Assembly (NCBI GenBank): GCA_965228855.1
Contig: CBDDIJ010000002.1
Coordinates: 1,088,001 to 1,152,000, forward strand
DNA length: 64,000 bases
Direction: 5' to 3'
Origin: Candidatus Obscuribacterales bacterium
Lineage (GTDB): Bacteria > Cyanobacteriota > Vampirovibrionia > Obscuribacterales > Obscuribacteraceae
The notes beneath the pieces are model-generated. The model was not told the DNA's origin, did not search any database, and worked only from the letters and a program-made list of their open reading frames with translations. Of this stretch, positions 59,907-64,000 are shown one piece after another. Made by a program: the position numbers and the translations under genes. Numbering within the stretch: position 1 is the first letter of the stretch; each line of letters opens with the position of its first letter.

Positions 59907-61352
59907 ATGAGAGATTACATTCTTTTGTACATAAACGGTCGAGAGCACCGGGTTTCCGGCGAGAAGGTTTTCGCGCCTGTGACGGATTATTTGCGCTACG
60001 ATTTGGGTTTGTGCGGCACCAAGGTGGTTTGCGCTGAAGGCGACTGTGGCGCTTGCACGGTCATGCTGGGACGATTGCATGGCGAAGACCTTGATTACAA
60101 GCCGATAAACAGTTGCATTCAGTATGTTTTTCAACTTGATTGTTCGCACCTGATCACTGTCGAAGGGCTTAAACACAACGCGCAGCTCAATCCCGTTCAA
60201 GAGGCGATGGTGGAGTGTCATGGCGCTCAATGCGGTTATTGCACACCGGGATTTGTTGTTGCGATGTGTTCGATGTTCGACGATGGGAAACCGAAAACTG
60301 CTTGCCAGATCAAAGACGGACTGACAGGCAATCTATGCCGGTGCACCGGATATGAGGCGATTGTGAAAGCCGGGCTTGAAGTCGACTTGTCGCAGTGGGA
60401 GCCGATTGCGAAGCGTTATCCTGCCGGTGAGTTCGTCAAGGCGTTCAAATCGCACTTGAAAGAATCGGTGAGCATCACCTGGGATGGAAAGCAATTGTTT
60501 GTGCCGGCTGATGTGAAAGCGGCGTGCGAATTCAAAGCCCGGAACCCGGAAACCGTCATTGTGACGGGAGGCACGGATGTCGCGGTCAATATGAACAAGC
60601 GCGGCTTAGTTCCGGACTTTGTTATGGCGACCAGCAATTTGACCGGTTTGTCTGACATCGTCACGCGTAAGGATGGTGAACGCACGGTTCTCGAAATTGG
60701 CGGACGGGTTACGCTGAAGGCGCTCGAGGACTTTGTTTCGGACCTTAGCGGCGATATGAAGTACGTGATGTGGGTGTTCGGTTCTCCTCAAATTCGATAT
60801 GCCGGTACGCTAGCCGGCAACATCGCAAATGCTTCTCCTATTGCAGACACGCCGCCGATGTTGTTTACGATGGACGCTGAAATCGAGGCCACAGGCGTCA
60901 ATGGCGTTCGTAAAATCAAGATGACAGATTTCTATCTCGGCTATAAAAAGCTGGCATTGCAGTCGGACGAATTGATCACGAAGATCCACCTTCCCCTTCC
61001 AATGAGTGACGAAATCGTTCGCCTGTACAAAGTCTCTCGGAGGCAACATCTCGATATTTCCGCATTCACAGCCGCGATTCGTTTAAAAGTAACCAGAGGC
61101 AAGATTGAGACCGCTGCCGTCACATATGGTGGCGTCGCTGCCGTCGTTATGCGTTTGCCGAAGGTCGAGCAGTTTCTGATCGGCAAGGAATTTTCACTGG
61201 AAACTTGCCGGGAGGCGGGTAGGATAGCACGCTCCGAAGTTGCACCGATCTCAGACGTAAGAGGAAGCCGTGACTATCGGCTTGCGCTTGCCGAAAATAT
61301 TTTTTCCAAGTTCTATCACGAAACCGCAGAGAGGGAGCTTGTATGTCAGTAG
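59907..61352 (+). CDS. xdhA: Xanthine dehydrogenase small subunit (2Fe-2S plus FAD)
   Basis: CAEGDCGAC, QCGYCTPG, NLCRCTGY, GGTD, GTLAGNIANASP. Confidence 0.93.
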   Translation: MRDYILLYINGREHRVSGEKVFAPVTDYLRYDLGLCGTKVVCAEGDCGACTVMLGRLHGEDLDYKPINSCIQYVFQLDCSHLITVEGLKHNAQLNPVQEAMVECHGAQCGYCTPGFVVAMCSMFDDGKPKTACQIKDGLTGNLCRCTGYEAIVKAGLEVDLSQWEPIAKRYPAGEFVKAFKSHLKESVSITWDGKQLFVPADVKAACEFKARNPETVIVTGGTDVAVNMNKRGLVPDFVMATSNLTGLSDIVTRKDGERTVLEIGGRVTLKALEDFVSDLSGDMKYVMWVFGSPQIRYAGTLAGNIANASPIADTPPMLFTMDAEIEATGVNGVRKIKMTDFYLGYKKLALQSDELITKIHLPLPMSDEIVRLYKVSRRQHLDISAFTAAIRLKVTRGKIETAAVTYGGVAAVVMRLPKVEQFLIGKEFSLETCREAGRIARSEVAPISDVRGSRDYRLALAENIFSKFYHETAERELVCQ

Positions 61353-63859
61353 TCGGAAGAAACATACCGCACGATTCCGCGGAAGGTCACGTTGCAGGCG
61401 AGTCGATTTATATCGACGATATGCCAGCTCTGCGTAACGAGCTGATTGTAGATTACGTCGGTAGTCCATTCGCGCACGGCAAGCTTAAATCGATCGACTG
61501 TTCCGAAGCATTGAAGATACCGGGAGTGGTGGCATGTTACACGCATGAGGACCTCGCGCACAATCGCCTTGGTCCGATTATTCAGGACGAGCCGTTGCTC
61601 GTCGACGATGAGGCGATGTTTCTCGGTCAGCCGGTTGTGGTAATTGCTGCGGAGACAAGAAGCGCTCTCGCTCGAGCCAAGAAAGCGGTCAAGATCGAGA
61701 TGGAAGAGCTTGTTGCAACGCTCACAATCAACGAGGCCAAAGAGCGCAACGAATATCTAGACAGGGAATACACGGTTGCTCGTGGAGATGTTGAGACTGC
61801 GTTCAAGAATTCGAAACACATGATCGAAGGCACTATCGTTGTCGGTGGCGCGGATCACTTCTATCTCGAATCTCAGGCTTGTTTAGCCGTTCCTGGCGAG
61901 TACGACCAGATGACGTTGCATTCTTCCACTCAGGCTCCGAGTGAAATTCAACATACGACCGCGCATGTTTTGGGGCTGATGCAAAATCAGGTTGTCTGTA
62001 TAACGAAGCGCATGGGTGGTGGTTTTGGAGGTAAGGAGAGTCAGGCGACTCATCCTGCGGCGATGGCTGCGCTTGTCGCGCACAAGACGAAACGACCGGC
62101 GCGATTGGTTTATATCAAAGACGATGATATGAAATACACCGGTAAGCGTCATCCATTTCAAAACGACTACAAAGTTTCCTTCAATGATGATGGTGTGATA
62201 ACCGGGCTACAGGTGCGCTATTTCGCTGATGGTGGTGCGTACAATGACCTCTCGATTGCAGTGCTTGGTCGTGCAATCACGCACTCCGATAATGCGTATT
62301 TCATCGAGAACGCTCACCTGACCGGTCGGATTTGTCGCACGAATTTGCCGCCCAACACAGCGTTTCGAGGATTTGGCGGACCGCAGGGTGTGATTACTAT
62401 CGAGAACATTCTCGAGGAAATCGCCGCGTATCTCGGTAAAGATGCGTTCGATGTGCGGCGTGTGAATCTTTACGGCATTGACGAGCGCAACACCACTCCG
62501 TATGGGCAAGTGGTGCAGAACAACACGCTTCATCGGATTTTCGAGCGCATTGAAAAATCTGCAGACTATCGTTCTAGAGTGAAAGCGGTTCGCGATTTCA
62601 ACGCGACTTCGAAGACTCACCTCAAGGGTATCGCGGTTACTTCAGTCAAGTTCGGAATTTCGTTTACCAATACGATGTTGAACCAGGCGAACGCGCTGGT
62701 CAACGTCTACCTGGACGGTACTGTGCAGGTTTCCACCGGAGCGACCGAAATGGGCCAGGGCGTGAACACCAACATCAAAATGCTTGTTGCCGACGAGCTC
62801 GGAATCGATCCGGCGACCGTTATCGCTATGCCCACATCGACTGAGAAGAACAACAACACCTCGGCTACAGCGGCGTCTTCAGCGACTGATTTAAATGGAA
62901 GTGCTGCAGTCGATGCGTGCTCGAAAATCAAATCGCGCCTTGCAGAGGTAGCTGCGCGTTATTTTGCATCGCGTGAAGCCGGTATTGGAGCCTATCCGGA
63001 CAGTATCAAATTTGACGACGGTTATGTGTGGGACGAGCGCCGGCCGGAAATTAAGCTCCCGTTCAAAGATATCGTGGGTATGGCTTACCGCGCGAGAGTC
63101 AGTCTGGGTGAGCGCGGGCACTATGCTACAAAAGGAATTGAATTCGATTGGGTTGCCGGTAAGGGCGCGCCGTTTTTGTATTTCACGATGGGCGCTGCGG
63201 TTTCTGAAGTGACGATTGACCGATTCACAGGCAACATGAAGGTTGAAGGCGTCGACATCGTCATGGATATCGGTAAATCCATCAACCCGGGAATCAACCG
63301 AGGTCAAATTGCGGGCGCGTTTTTCCAGGGCATGGGCTGGATGACGAATGAAGAACTGAAGTATACGGACAAAGGAAATCTTCTCAACTACTCGCCAACG
63401 ACTTACAAAATTCCGAACATTCAAGATTTGCCACTGCGGTTCAACATCGAGACCGTCGAAAATCACAACACGCCTAACGTTCGCGGCACCAAAGCTGTCG
63501 GTGAACCTCCGCTCCTTCTGGGCATTTCTGTTTACGCCGCTGTGAAGAATGCGCTCTCGTATCTCTCCGGCGATGAGATTCCGTGCCTAACCGCGCCTGC
63601 TACCAATGAGGAAATCCTCGGCAGGTTGATGTACTACGAAACCGCCGATAGTGCCGCAAACAACGATGGTAAACAGGCTGCACCGATCGGCTGGACCGGC
63701 GACAGCATGAATGGAACGTCTTATTCGAATGACGCAGGCATGCTTGTTCCAACAATTAAACACGGCTCGCTTCGTCCGGTGAGCGAATCCATCGCGCGCG
63801 GCTTTTCGGTCGCATCGAATAAAGCTGGCTCGCCAAAAGCGAAGGTCGCGCAAAAGTAG
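61343..63859 (+). CDS. xdhB: Xanthine dehydrogenase molybdopterin-binding subunit
   Basis: HFYLE, RMGGGFGGKE, AFRGFGGPQG, EMGQG, KAVGEPP. Confidence 0.95.
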   Translation: MSVVGRNIPHDSAEGHVAGESIYIDDMPALRNELIVDYVGSPFAHGKLKSIDCSEALKIPGVVACYTHEDLAHNRLGPIIQDEPLLVDDEAMFLGQPVVVIAAETRSALARAKKAVKIEMEELVATLTINEAKERNEYLDREYTVARGDVETAFKNSKHMIEGTIVVGGADHFYLESQACLAVPGEYDQMTLHSSTQAPSEIQHTTAHVLGLMQNQVVCITKRMGGGFGGKESQATHPAAMAALVAHKTKRPARLVYIKDDDMKYTGKRHPFQNDYKVSFNDDGVITGLQVRYFADGGAYNDLSIAVLGRAITHSDNAYFIENAHLTGRICRTNLPPNTAFRGFGGPQGVITIENILEEIAAYLGKDAFDVRRVNLYGIDERNTTPYGQVVQNNTLHRIFERIEKSADYRSRVKAVRDFNATSKTHLKGIAVTSVKFGISFTNTMLNQANALVNVYLDGTVQVSTGATEMGQGVNTNIKMLVADELGIDPATVIAMPTSTEKNNNTSATAASSATDLNGSAAVDACSKIKSRLAEVAARYFASREAGIGAYPDSIKFDDGYVWDERRPEIKLPFKDIVGMAYRARVSLGERGHYATKGIEFDWVAGKGAPFLYFTMGAAVSEVTIDRFTGNMKVEGVDIVMDIGKSINPGINRGQIAGAFFQGMGWMTNEELKYTDKGNLLNYSPTTYKIPNIQDLPLRFNIETVENHNTPNVRGTKAVGEPPLLLGISVYAAVKNALSYLSGDEIPCLTAPATNEEILGRLMYYETADSAANNDGKQAAPIGWTGDSMNGTSYSNDAGMLVPTIKHGSLRPVSESIARGFSVASNKAGSPKAKVAQK

Positions 63860-63888
63860 GGACGCTCTCAAATTGCGAAAGGTATCTC

Positions 63889-64000
63889 GTGGTTCTCGAG
63901 TTCTATGAAAAACTGCAAGAGTTGCTTCACGGCAATGTTCCGTTCGTGTCGGTCACGATTGTGGACACGATTGGAAGTGTCCCGCAAAACGCCGGCAGCA
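63889..64000 (+). CDS. xdhC: Xanthine dehydrogenase accessory protein, 3'-truncated by window edge
   Basis: PFVSVTIVDTIGSVPQNAGS directly after xdhB. Confidence 0.75.
   Translation, partial: MVLEFYEKLQELLHGNVPFVSVTIVDTIGSVPQNAGS

Overview
Bacterial chromosomal window with no rRNA, tRNA or CRISPR array visible. The many secreted/TPR orphan proteins and two giant Gly/Ser/Thr-rich surface-protein paralogues suggest Candidatus Melainabacteria/Obscuribacterales (inference from gene style only). Recognisable genes: LysM protein, XRE regulator, DUF2157 membrane protein, CheY-like receiver, SMI1/KNR4, matrixin-TPR, M1 aminopeptidase, lepB, degenerate REC-GGDEF, NlpC/P60-like pair, Rrf2-globin locus, PLP decarboxylase, DUF488 and xdhABC. 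Three non-coding signals stand out. (1) A complete IS621-like IS110 element (32764-34021, minus strand) whose left end encodes a bridge RNA; its target and donor guides, CT cores and junction-assembled promoter can be read directly from the sequence. (2) Its target is a dispersed ~55-bp CTACG...CGTAG palindromic repeat that I do not recognise (6 copies here), usually accompanied by CTACTATAT/ATATAGTAG boxes. (3) A leader motif I do not recognise (GCAATTTT-GAAGA-hairpin-CGCTAG-GAAGAC/GACAAC) lies upstream of all three GC-rich orphan gene units; two of these units also end with the same hairpin, CTACTATAT box and palindrome, suggesting a cassette-like system.
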